Assembly (NCBI GenBank): GCA_045113695.1 | Contig: JBGUJG010000142.1 | Span: 419 to 64,418 of the forward strand | Origin: Christensenellales bacterium | GTDB lineage: Bacteria; Bacillota; Clostridia; Christensenellales; Aristaeellaceae | Length of the DNA stretch: 64,000 nucleotides | Direction: 5' to 3' | In this document: positions 43,125-52,339 of the stretch, piece by piece | How positions within the stretch are numbered: the first letter of the stretch is position 1 | How the letters are laid out: each line of letters opens with the position of its first letter | Notes under the pieces: generated by a model | Told to the model about the DNA's origin: nothing | Seen by the model: the letters and a program-made list of their open reading frames with translations, nothing else | Databases searched by the model: none | Program-made: the position numbers and the translations under genes

Positions 43125-45314
43125 TTGGGTTGGTTTGATGAACAGATCAAACAGCGCATGGAAAGCGATCAGAACGTGCTGGAGGATTCCTTTTTCCGCC
43201 TGGCCAGCGTCGTGCTGGACAAATGGGAGACGGAACGCCTCGAGGACGAGCGCATCATTGCCAAGGAAGCGCTGGATGACATCCTGAAATACTATCATGA
43301 AAAGCCCGTTGAAATCCCGGATGATATCACGGATATCGCGGGGCAGATGCAATATGCCCTCCGGCCTGCCGGGCTGATGACCCGCGAGGTGGAACTGGAA
43401 GGCAGCTGGCCGAACGACGCCTACGGCCCGATGCTGGGGTATCTGAAAGACAGCGGCGTGGCCGTGGCCCTGCTGCCCGGCGCCGTCTACGGGTATTATT
43501 ACACGGATCCGGCCACCGGGCACAAAAAGCGGGTGACCCGGAAAAACGCGCATCTTTTCTCGCGGGACGCTCTGTGCTTTTACCGGCCGCTGCCGCTGAA
43601 AAAGCTGGGGATCCCCGACCTGCTGATTTACATGAAGAACTGCATCAACAGCGGGGACGTGATCCTGATCGTCCTGGCCTCGCTGGCACTGACGCTGGTG
43701 GGTTTTATCGAGCCGACTGTCTACAATATTATCACCGGGCCGATCCTCAAGCAGCGGCGGATCATGATGCTCAACGGGACAGCGGCCTTCCTAGTTTCAT
43801 CCGCGTTTGCCACCCAGATGCTGAGCATGGTGCGTTCCCTGCTGATGGAGCGGATCAATACCAAAACCTCCCAGGCGGTGGAGGCATCGGTCATGATGCG
43901 CATCCTCTCCCTGCCGGTCAGCTTTTTCCGGAAGTTCTCTTCCGGCGAACTGTCCCAGCGCGCCACGTCCGTGAGTACCCTGTGCGGCATGCTGATCAAC
44001 AGCGTGCTGTCGGTCGGTCTGAGCAGCCTGATGTCCCTGCTGTACATCACGCAGATTTTCCGTTTCGCCCCCGTCCTGGTCTGGCCGTCGATCCTGATCA
44101 TCCTGACCACCGTGCTGATGAGCCTGGCCGTTTCCTTCGTGCAGATCGGCATCACGCGCAAAAAGATGGATCTGAGCGCCAAGGAAGCCGGCATGAGCTA
44201 CGCTACCCTGAACGGCATCCAGAAAATCCGCCTTTCCGGCTCCGAAAAGCGGGTGTTTGCCCGCTGGGCCCGTCTGTATGCCAAGGGCGCGAAGCTGGAG
44301 TACAATCCCCCGATGTTCCTGAAAATGAGCAAGGTGATCACCCTGGCGATCTCCCTGGTGGGCAATGTGGCGCTCTACTATCTGGCCATCAGCTCCGCCG
44401 TGGGGGACAGCCAGTACATCGCCTTCAGCGCCGCGTACGGGCGGGTGATGTCCGCCTTTTCCGCCCTTGCGGGGATCGCCATCTCGGTCGCTTCCGTCCG
44501 CCCCGTGCTGGAGATGGCGGAACCCATCCTCAAGGCAGAGCCGGAGGTCGCCAAGGAAAAGGAGCCGGTTTCCCACCTGAGCGGCAATATCGAGGTCAGC
44601 CACGTTACCTTCCGCTATGAAGAAAACCTGCCCTACGTCCTGAAGGACCTGTCCCTGAAGATCAGGGCCGGGGAATATGTAGCCATCGTCGGGCGGACGG
44701 GCTGCGGCAAATCAACCCTGGTGCGCCTGCTGCTGGGGTTTGAAAAGCCGGAAAAGGGCACGGTCTTTTACGACCGGTATGACCTGAACTCCGTCGACCC
44801 GCGGTCCGTCCGCAAGCAGATCGGCGTCGTGATCCAGAACGGCCAGCTCTTCCAGGGAGATATTTTTTCAAACATCACCATCTCCGCCCCGATGCTGACG
44901 ATGGACGAAGCCTGGGAAGCGGCGGAGACTGCCGGCATCGCCGACGATATCCGCGACATGCCGATGGGCATGCACACGATCATTTCCGAAGGCCAGGGCG
45001 GGATTTCCGGCGGGCAGAAGCAGCGGCTGATGATCGCCCGCGCCATCGCCCCCAGGCCGAAGATCCTGATCTTCGACGAGGCTACCAGCGCCCTGGACAA
45101 CAAGACGCAGAAACAGGTCGCCGATGCCCTGGACCAGCTGAACTGCACCCGCATCGTGATCGCCCACCGCCTGTCCACCATCCGCAACTGCGACCGCATC
45201 CTGGTGATGGACCAGGGCGCGATCATCGAGGAAGGCAATTACGAAGAGCTGATTGAGAAAAACGGCGTCTTCGCCGACCTGGTCGCCAGGCAGCGGCTGG
45301 AAGAACAATCATAA
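43125..45314 (+). CDS. ABC exporter with degenerate (Cys-less) C39-like N-domain (NHLP export ABC2-like permease/ATPase)
   Basis: TTG start 9 nt after GGGAG (MGWFDEQIKQRMESDQNVLEDSFF). N-domain lacks the catalytic Cys. Walker A GRTGCGKST, signature ISGGQKQRL, Walker B IFDEATSALD. Confidence 0.85.
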   Translation: MGWFDEQIKQRMESDQNVLEDSFFRLASVVLDKWETERLEDERIIAKEALDDILKYYHEKPVEIPDDITDIAGQMQYALRPAGLMTREVELEGSWPNDAYGPMLGYLKDSGVAVALLPGAVYGYYYTDPATGHKKRVTRKNAHLFSRDALCFYRPLPLKKLGIPDLLIYMKNCINSGDVILIVLASLALTLVGFIEPTVYNIITGPILKQRRIMMLNGTAAFLVSSAFATQMLSMVRSLLMERINTKTSQAVEASVMMRILSLPVSFFRKFSSGELSQRATSVSTLCGMLINSVLSVGLSSLMSLLYITQIFRFAPVLVWPSILIILTTVLMSLAVSFVQIGITRKKMDLSAKEAGMSYATLNGIQKIRLSGSEKRVFARWARLYAKGAKLEYNPPMFLKMSKVITLAISLVGNVALYYLAISSAVGDSQYIAFSAAYGRVMSAFSALAGIAISVASVRPVLEMAEPILKAEPEVAKEKEPVSHLSGNIEVSHVTFRYEENLPYVLKDLSLKIRAGEYVAIVGRTGCGKSTLVRLLLGFEKPEKGTVFYDRYDLNSVDPRSVRKQIGVVIQNGQLFQGDIFSNITISAPMLTMDEAWEAAETAGIADDIRDMPMGMHTIISEGQGGISGGQKQRLMIARAIAPRPKILIFDEATSALDNKTQKQVADALDQLNCTRIVIAHRLSTIRNCDRILVMDQGAIIEEGNYEELIEKNGVFADLVARQRLEEQS

Positions 45315-45323
45315 TCAATACAG

Positions 45324-45371
45324 AAAGCGCCTGCTCCCGGAAACCCTTCGGGGTTCGGAAGCAGGCGCTTT
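45324..45371. terminator. bidirectional terminator (~20-bp stem, TTCG loop)
   Basis: aaagcgcctgctcccggaaaccc-ttcg-gggttcggaagcaggcgcttt, flanked by A/T runs between convergent genes. Confidence 0.8.
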
Positions 45372-45381
45372 ATTCCTGATG

Positions 45382-46143
45382 TCAGCCGCAGATATGTTCC
45401 GCCAGCGCCAGCGCGATGCGGAAATGGCCCGGGTTGTGCTGGCCGCCGTCGCCGCCGGCGTTTTCCCGCTCGTCCCATGCCGGGGCGTCCAGCAGGTCGC
45501 CGCTGGTGAAGAAGGCAAATAACTCAAGCCCCCGGAAGTCGCACATGGCCTGCACCGCGGCGCATTCCATCTCCACGGAGATGCAGCCCTCCGCCTTCCG
45601 CTTCTCAAAGTTGTTCCGCGTCTCGCGGTAGAAAGAGTCGGTCGTCCAGGTCCTGCCCAGCACGAAGGGGATGCCGTTTTTCTTCATGCAGTCCGCCACG
45701 GCCTGCGCGTTTCTGACGGTCACGTAGTCCGCCGCCGGGGCGTAGTGGTAGGAAGTCCCTTCGTCCCGGTAAGCGGCGGTGGGGATCATCACCTTCCCGT
45801 GGGCGATTTCCTTGTTCAGGCACCCGGCCCCGCCGAAAAGGATATATCTGCCGCACCGGAACGCCGCCAGCGTGTCCTCGATCAGCCCGATGGTGATCGG
45901 GGCGCCGACGTAGGTCCGGTAGAAGGCGAACCGTTTCCCATTCCGCTCAATCAGCCAGACGGGCGTTTCCCCGCTCGCGCAGCGGAGGGCGGCAAGCTGT
46001 CCGCAGGCGTAATGCTCCTTCACGAACGCCTCGATCTGCCAGGAAAAGGTGATGATGCACACGTCCGCCTCCGGCGCGTCCTCCGGCAGGGGAGGCGGGT
46101 TGATGATGGCGGGAGAGTTTGGGTCAAACGATTCCGTGATCAT
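45382..46143 (-). CDS. nucleoside phosphorylase (PNP/UDP-1 family, uridine phosphorylase-like)
   Basis: GGAGCL, TWTTDSFYRET and SVEMECAAV motifs of the PNP_UDP_1 fold. Confidence 0.8.
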   Translation of the reverse strand: MITESFDPNSPAIINPPPLPEDAPEADVCIITFSWQIEAFVKEHYACGQLAALRCASGETPVWLIERNGKRFAFYRTYVGAPITIGLIEDTLAAFRCGRYILFGGAGCLNKEIAHGKVMIPTAAYRDEGTSYHYAPAADYVTVRNAQAVADCMKKNGIPFVLGRTWTTDSFYRETRNNFEKRKAEGCISVEMECAAVQAMCDFRGLELFAFFTSGDLLDAPAWDERENAGGDGGQHNPGHFRIALALAEHICG

Positions 46144-46179
46144 GGCCAGACCTTCTTTCAGTAAGGAAATTGACTCAGG

Positions 46180-46216
46180 GAGGAGTGAGGAGTTAGGAGT
46201 TCATGACTCCTCACTC
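46180..46216. repeat. GAGGAGT heptamer hairpin
   Basis: GAGGAGT GAGGAGT TAGGAGT TCATGAC TCCTCAC TC. GAGTGAGGAGT (46184-94) pairs with ACTCCTCACTC (46206-16). A second GC hairpin, gcggcc-cagg-ggccgc, follows downstream of ecfT. Confidence 0.8.
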
Positions 46217-46266
46217 AGTGGCGGCCCAGGGGCCGCCGCTACGGCAACCGAAGGGAGCGGTCATTC

Positions 46267-47076
46267 CTAACTGACAAAAATCTTCCCCTCCAAAATAACC
46301 AGCACAATCAGGATAACTGTCGCCCCTATCGCGATCCAGTCGTTTTTCTGCATTTTGAGGATGTGCAGGCGGGTGCGGCCTTCGCCGCCGTGGTAGCAGC
46401 GGGCTTCCATGGCCATGGCCAGGTCGCCCGCCCGGCGGAAGGCGCTGACGAACAGCGGCACCAGCAGGGGCACCATGGCTTTGACCCGCTCCAGGAGCCT
46501 GCCCGTTTCAAAGTCGGACCCGCGGGCGGACTGGGCTTTCATGATCTTGTCCGCCTCTTCCAGGAGGGTGGGGATGAAGCGCAGGGCGATCGTCATCATC
46601 ATGGCCATCTCATGGGCCGGGAAACGGATCACCTTGAGGGGGGAGAGAAGGCGCTCCAGGCCGTCGGTCAGGGTAACGGGCTGGGTCGTCAGCGTCAGCA
46701 GGCTCGAGCCGAGCACCAGGAAGACGAGGCGTAGGGAATAGCGGACGGCGTTGAGCAGCCCTTCTTTTGTCAGCACGGCGAAGCCCAGGTTGAGAAGCGG
46801 TGTCGTGCCGCCGGTAAAAAAGAGGTTCAGGATAAAGGTGAAGATCAGAATGAAGCGCAGCGGCCGGATGCTTTTGACCAGCAGCCGGACCGGCAGGCGG
46901 GACAGCCTGCAGGCAGCGGCCAGGTAGACGGCGATCAGGGCAAAGCCCGACAGGTTCGGCACCAGGAAGACTGCCGCCACAAAGGCGATCAGCAGGACGA
47001 TTTTGACCCTCGGGTCCAGGCGGTGCACGACGCTTTCGGCCGGGTAGTACTGGCCCAGGGTGATGTTTTTAAGCAT
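46267..47076 (-). CDS. ecfT: ECF transporter transmembrane component
   Basis: 269 aa, CbiQ/EcfT fold with the ARG motif region (AQSARGSDFETG). Confidence 0.88.
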   Translation of the reverse strand: MLKNITLGQYYPAESVVHRLDPRVKIVLLIAFVAAVFLVPNLSGFALIAVYLAAACRLSRLPVRLLVKSIRPLRFILIFTFILNLFFTGGTTPLLNLGFAVLTKEGLLNAVRYSLRLVFLVLGSSLLTLTTQPVTLTDGLERLLSPLKVIRFPAHEMAMMMTIALRFIPTLLEEADKIMKAQSARGSDFETGRLLERVKAMVPLLVPLFVSAFRRAGDLAMAMEARCYHGGEGRTRLHILKMQKNDWIAIGATVILIVLVILEGKIFVS

Positions 47077-47926
47077 CCGCTTTCCCTCCCTTCAGGAGGC
47101 TGAAAAGGGCCCGCTCTGCGTCTTCCAGGCGGTAGCAGAAGGGGAAATTGAAGCCTTCTTCGCGCAGGCGCAGGGAAAGCTTCAGCACCTGGGGCACGTC
47201 CAGGTCCATGCGGTTTAAGCGGTCCGCGTCCTGGAAGACCTCTTCCGCCGTTCCGTCCAGGGCGATCCTGCCCTTGTCCATCACGATGATCCTTTTGGCC
47301 AGGCGCGCCACGTCGTCCATGCTGTGGGAAATCATCACGACGGTGGTGCCCGCTTCGTGGAAGCTTCTGACGAGGGAGAGCATGTCCTCCCGGCCCATCG
47401 GGTCCAGGCCGGCGGCCGGCTCGTCCAGCACCAGCATTTCCGGCCGCATGGCGATCACGCCGGCGATGGCGGCGCGGCGCATCTGCCCGCCGGAAAGCTC
47501 AAAGGGGGATTTTTCCGCGACCTCTTCGGGCAGGCCGACCCGGTGCAGGGCCTCCCTGACCCGGGCGTCGGTTTCTTCCTGGGAAAGGCCCAGGTTTTTC
47601 GGGCCGAAGGCGATATCCTTGGCCACGGTTTCCTCAAACAGTTGGGTTTCGGCGTACTGGAAGACCAGCCCGATCCGCTGCCTGGTTTCTTTCTTGGAGA
47701 CGCCCTTCTGGTTGATGTCCTTTCCGTCCAGCAGGACACGGCCGCTGGTCGGGGCGAGCAGGGCGTTCATGTGCTGGGCCAGGGTCGATTTGCCGCTCCC
47801 GGTATGGCCGATCAGGGCGGTCAGTTCCCCCTGGGAGACGGTCAGGCTGACGTCCCGGACCGCGGTGGCCTGGAACGGGCTGCCCGCCTGATAGGTATGG
47901 GTCACCTGTTCAAACTGAAGCAGCAA
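47069..47926 (-). CDS. ecfA2: ECF transporter ATPase A2
   Basis: GHTGSGKST, LSGGQMRR and LVLDEPAAGLD. Confidence 0.88.
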   Translation of the reverse strand: MLLQFEQVTHTYQAGSPFQATAVRDVSLTVSQGELTALIGHTGSGKSTLAQHMNALLAPTSGRVLLDGKDINQKGVSKKETRQRIGLVFQYAETQLFEETVAKDIAFGPKNLGLSQEETDARVREALHRVGLPEEVAEKSPFELSGGQMRRAAIAGVIAMRPEMLVLDEPAAGLDPMGREDMLSLVRSFHEAGTTVVMISHSMDDVARLAKRIIVMDKGRIALDGTAEEVFQDADRLNRMDLDVPQVLKLSLRLREEGFNFPFCYRLEDAERALFSLLKGGKADA

Positions 47927-48746
47927 GCCGTTTCACCTCCCGTACCATGTCTTCCACCTGAAGGACGCCGTCCGAAACGGGGATGCCCTGCTGTTTCAGG
48001 CTGTCCGCCAGTTGCTTCATGGCGGGCACGTCCAGCCGGAGCGCCCGGAGCCCCTCCGCGTCGGCAAAGATCTCCTCCGGGGTGCCGGAGCGGACGATCT
48101 TGCCGCCGTCCATCACATGAATTTTGCGGCACCTGGCCGCCTCTTCCATAAAGTGGGTGATCCAGAGCACCGTGATCCCTTCCCGGTTCAGCCGCTCGAC
48201 GGTTCCGAACACTTCGCGGCGGCCGGCCGGGTCGAGCATGGCGGTCGCCTCGTCGAAAATGATGATGCGGGGCCGCATCGCCAGGATGCCGGCAATGGCG
48301 ACCCGCTGTTTCTGTCCGCCGGACAGCAGGTGGGGCGCCCGGTCCATAAAGGCTTCCATGCCGACCGCCCGGAGGGCGGATTCGATCCTGCCGGGCATTT
48401 CTTCCGTGGCGACGCCGGTGTTTTCCAGGCCGAAGGCCACATCCTCCCGGACCTGTGTGGCGACCAGCTGATTGTCCGGGTTCTGAAAGACCATGCCGGC
48501 GGTCTGCCGGATGTCCCAGATGCGCTTTTCGTCGGCAGTGTCCATCCCCATGACCAGGACTTTGCCCTCATCGGGCTGATACAGGCCGTTCAGGAGTTTG
48601 GCCAGGGTGGACTTTCCCGAGCCGTTCCGGCCGAGGATCGCGGTAAATTCTCCTTCTTCCACGGTAAAGCTGACGCCGTCCACCGCCAGGGGGCCGTCTT
48701 CCTCGTAGGCGTAGCGGACGCCCTGTACTTCGATGATCGCGCTCAA
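47910..48746 (-). CDS. ecfA1: ECF transporter ATPase A1
   Basis: GRNGSGKST, LSGGQKQRV and IIFDEATAMLD. ATGA overlap with the mfd stop. Confidence 0.88.
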   Translation of the reverse strand: MSAIIEVQGVRYAYEEDGPLAVDGVSFTVEEGEFTAILGRNGSGKSTLAKLLNGLYQPDEGKVLVMGMDTADEKRIWDIRQTAGMVFQNPDNQLVATQVREDVAFGLENTGVATEEMPGRIESALRAVGMEAFMDRAPHLLSGGQKQRVAIAGILAMRPRIIIFDEATAMLDPAGRREVFGTVERLNREGITVLWITHFMEEAARCRKIHVMDGGKIVRSGTPEEIFADAEGLRALRLDVPAMKQLADSLKQQGIPVSDGVLQVEDMVREVKRLAASV

Positions 48747-51700
48747 GTTTTGTCCTCCTTGTCCGTCCCGTCACTCTGATTCAGCCGCTCCAGCAGGCGT
48801 TCGGTGACCGGCACGCATTGCTTCAGAAGTCCCCGCACATCGAGCCGCTTGTCCCTGAAGAGCAGGGCCGGTTCTTTGGATGCGGACAGCAGCAGCCGCT
48901 CATCCGTCTGCTGCATGGCCTCATACAGCCGGCCGACCGGCGGCATCAGGGCAGGATCCAGCCGGATGACCAGGCTCTGCGCCTGCCAGAAAACCCGCTG
49001 CGCGCCCAGGACGGAACACAGGGAGCGCAGATGGGCGATATCGATCAGCATCATGACCTCTTCCGGCGGCTCGCCGAAGCGGTCGATCAGTTCCTCGATG
49101 ACGTCTTCGCGGCTGACGCGGTCGTGGATCTGGGAAATCCGCTTGTAGATCTCCATCCGCTGGACGTCGCCGGACACATAGCTGTCCGGCAGGTAGGCGT
49201 TGACCTTGAGGTCCACGCGCGTATCGGCCCTTGGCGTTTCGGGGGGACGTCCGTCCATCTCGTTCTGCGCTTCCCGGACGGCCTCCTCGATCAGGCGGAC
49301 GTACATTTCGTAGCCGACGTTTGACACGTTGCCGGACTGTTCGGGCCCGAAAATGTTGCCGGCCCCGCGGATCTCCAGGTCGCGCATGGCGATGCGGAAC
49401 CCGGAGCCGAACTGGGTGAATTCCCGGATGGCGCTCAGGCGCTTCTGCGCGTCCTCGGAAATCATCCTGTCCGGCCGGACGGTAAAATAGGCGTAGGCGG
49501 CCCGGTTGGAGCGGCCGACACGTCCCCTGAGCTGGTACAGCTGGGATAAGCCGAAGCGGTCCGCGTCGTAGACGATCATGGTGTTCGCATTCTGCACGTC
49601 CAGCCCGTTTTCGATGATCGTCGTGGACAGCAGGACGTCGTACCGGCCGGAAAAAAAGTCCAGCATGACGTCTTCCAAAGCGCTTTCCTTCATCTGGCCG
49701 TGGGCGACGGCGATCCGGGCCTCCGGCAGCAGCCGCTGCAGCCGCTCCCGGAATTCCTCGATGCTCTGCACCCGGTTGTACAGGAAATAGACCTGGCCCT
49801 TGCGGCCCAGCTCCCGGCGGATGGCGTCGCGGATCACGGCGTCGTTGTACTCGATCACGTAGGTCCGCACCGGGAAACGCTCTTCCGGGGGCGTTTCCAG
49901 CAGGCTGATGTCGCGGACGCCCACCATGCTCATGTGCAGGGTCCGGGGGATGGGGGTGGCGGACATGGTCAGGACGTCCACCGTTTTTTTGATGTTTTTG
50001 ATCGTTTCCTTGTGGCCGACGCCGAAGCGCTGCTCTTCGTCCACGATCAGAAGGCCCAGGTCCCTGAACTGCACCTGTTTGGACAGCATCCGGTGGGTGC
50101 CCACCAGGATATCGACCTTTCCTTCCGCGACCCGCTGGATGGTGTCTTTCTGTTCCTTCGGCGTGCGGAAGCGGGAAATCATGTCGATGCTGACCGGGAA
50201 GGCCTTGAGCCTCTCCAGCAGCGTCAGGTAGTGCTGCTGCACCAGGATCGTGGTCGGGGCCAGGAAGGCCACCTGCTTTCCGTCCATGACGGCCTTGAAG
50301 GCGGCGCGGACGGCCACCTCCGTTTTGCCGTAGCCCACGTCCCCGCACAAAAGCCGGTCCATGTTGACGGGCTTTTCCATGTCCTCCGTGATGTCGCGGA
50401 CGGCGCGCTGCTGGTCCGGCGTCAGCTCGTAGGGGAAAGCGTCCTCCATCTGGCGCTGCCAGGGCGTATCCGGGCCGAAGGCGTGGCCGGAGATGGCTTT
50501 GCGGTCCGCGTAGAGGCGCACCAGGTCGAAGGCCAGCTTTTTGAGCCCGGCTTTGACCTTTTTCTTCTGCCGGGTCCATTCGCCGCCGCCCAGGGAATTG
50601 AGGGGGGGCAGGTCTTCGGTGGAGCCGATGTATTTCTGCACCCGCTCGAACTGGTCGATCGGGACGTACAGCTTGTCCCCGCCCAGGTAGGTGATCAGCA
50701 GATAATCCCTGGCCGTCCCTTCGGTCTGTACCCGGGTGATGCCGCGGAAAACGCCGATGCCGTGGTGCTCGTGCACCACGTAGTCCCCTTCCCTGAGGTC
50801 CGTGAAGGCTTCCAGTTTCTCGCCGGAGCGGATGTTCCTGCGGGACTTGCGGTAGCCGGCGCCGAAAATGTCGCTGTCGGAGATCACGCAGATCTTTTCT
50901 TCCGGCAGGATCATCCCGCGGTTCAGGGAAACGGGCAGGATCACCGGCCCGTTTTCCGGCAGGGGCATGCTTTCTTCCCGGACGGAAGCATAGACGCCCA
51001 GCTCCGAAAGGGCCGCTTCCAGGCGCTGCGCCCGGGCGGCGCCGCCGGCCAGCAGGATGATCAGATCGCCGCGCTCCCGGCAGGTGCGGATGTCGTCCGC
51101 CAGGCCCTTGAAACGGGTCAGGTAGGAAGCCGGGGCATGGCCGGTCCACTGAATGGCCGTATCGGGATGAAAGCCTTCGATATCCCGGAGAAAGTCTTCA
51201 GCCAGGATCAGGGGCAGGCCGTTCAGCTCCGCCAGCAGGTCGCGGAACGACAGCGTCAGGCCGATCTGTTCCGGTACGGCTTCCTGACGGTCCAGGGCGT
51301 TTTTGAGGTCCTCCTGAAAGCCGAGCAGGCGGTCGTCCGCCCGGGCAGCCAGCTGCTCCGGCGCATCCAGCAGCACGATCGGGTCGTTCAGCCATTCCCG
51401 GATGCCGCCGGAAGCCGGATAGGCAATCCCGCTCCAGTTTTCCGCCCCGGGCAGGAAGCCGGTTTCTTCCAGGGTATCCGCGCTGTCGAGCAGCAGGCCC
51501 AGGCCTACGCGGGACGAAATCCGCTCGCCGCCTTCCGGCGCGGACGGGTCGACGGCCATGCCGCCGAGCAGCAGGTCCTTGGGCAGCCTGCGCACCTGTC
51601 CGCTGACCATCCGGCGGATAGCTTCCGCCGTTTCTTTTTCGGTTCCGGCGGGAAGAAAATGGCTGACGGCCGGAGGGATCTCAACCTGTGTGAGCCGGTC

Positions 51701-52339
51701 CGAGCTGCGCTGGGAGACGCAGTCGAATTCCCGGATGGAGTCGACCTGGGTGTCGAAAAACTCGATCCGGCAGGCCAGCTCCCGGTCCGGCGGGAAGACG
51801 TCGAGGATCTCGCCGCGCAGGGAGCACTGGCCCTTACCCTCGACCATCGGCACCCGTTCATATCCGGCGCTGACCAGCCGGCGGATCAGGTCGGCGGGGT
51901 CCGCCTCCTGTTCCGTCATGATCCTGATCACGCGCTTTTCAAACTCCGCGCGGAGGGGAAAGCGGGTCAGCAGGGCGTCCGCTGTGCAAACGACGGCGGC
52001 CAGCTCTCCCCGGGCGGCCCGGAGGAGGGTTTCCAGCCGCATGTTCAGCGTTTCGCGGCTCCTGGAGCCCGGGGTAAAGGTGATCTCCGCGGCCGGAAGG
52101 GTGCGGCAGGGCTTGCCGGTCAGGCGGCCGCAGTCGTCGGCCAGGCGGAGGGCCGCCGTTTCGCTCTGCGTGACCAGGAGGACGCATCTGCCCGTCCGCT
52201 CATGCAAAAAGGACGCGGCAAAAGCGCGCTGTTCCTCACACAGATCATACAGCGCGGCGGTCTGATTAGCCCGGACCGCATCCGCGAGCGCGGACAGGGC
52301 AGGGCTGTTTTTTACGCGTGTGTTCAGTTCACTCAGCAT
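48743..52339 (-). CDS. mfd: transcription-repair coupling factor
   Basis: 1198 aa. UvrB-homology N-terminal region, RID, and superfamily-2 translocase motifs (CGDVGYGKTEVA, DEEQRFG, TATPIPRTL, GQMKE). Confidence 0.95.
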   Translation of the reverse strand: MLSELNTRVKNSPALSALADAVRANQTAALYDLCEEQRAFAASFLHERTGRCVLLVTQSETAALRLADDCGRLTGKPCRTLPAAEITFTPGSRSRETLNMRLETLLRAARGELAAVVCTADALLTRFPLRAEFEKRVIRIMTEQEADPADLIRRLVSAGYERVPMVEGKGQCSLRGEILDVFPPDRELACRIEFFDTQVDSIREFDCVSQRSSDRLTQVEIPPAVSHFLPAGTEKETAEAIRRMVSGQVRRLPKDLLLGGMAVDPSAPEGGERISSRVGLGLLLDSADTLEETGFLPGAENWSGIAYPASGGIREWLNDPIVLLDAPEQLAARADDRLLGFQEDLKNALDRQEAVPEQIGLTLSFRDLLAELNGLPLILAEDFLRDIEGFHPDTAIQWTGHAPASYLTRFKGLADDIRTCRERGDLIILLAGGAARAQRLEAALSELGVYASVREESMPLPENGPVILPVSLNRGMILPEEKICVISDSDIFGAGYRKSRRNIRSGEKLEAFTDLREGDYVVHEHHGIGVFRGITRVQTEGTARDYLLITYLGGDKLYVPIDQFERVQKYIGSTEDLPPLNSLGGGEWTRQKKKVKAGLKKLAFDLVRLYADRKAISGHAFGPDTPWQRQMEDAFPYELTPDQQRAVRDITEDMEKPVNMDRLLCGDVGYGKTEVAVRAAFKAVMDGKQVAFLAPTTILVQQHYLTLLERLKAFPVSIDMISRFRTPKEQKDTIQRVAEGKVDILVGTHRMLSKQVQFRDLGLLIVDEEQRFGVGHKETIKNIKKTVDVLTMSATPIPRTLHMSMVGVRDISLLETPPEERFPVRTYVIEYNDAVIRDAIRRELGRKGQVYFLYNRVQSIEEFRERLQRLLPEARIAVAHGQMKESALEDVMLDFFSGRYDVLLSTTIIENGLDVQNANTMIVYDADRFGLSQLYQLRGRVGRSNRAAYAYFTVRPDRMISEDAQKRLSAIREFTQFGSGFRIAMRDLEIRGAGNIFGPEQSGNVSNVGYEMYVRLIEEAVREAQNEMDGRPPETPRADTRVDLKVNAYLPDSYVSGDVQRMEIYKRISQIHDRVSREDVIEELIDRFGEPPEEVMMLIDIAHLRSLCSVLGAQRVFWQAQSLVIRLDPALMPPVGRLYEAMQQTDERLLLSASKEPALLFRDKRLDVRGLLKQCVPVTERLLERLNQSDGTDKEDKT

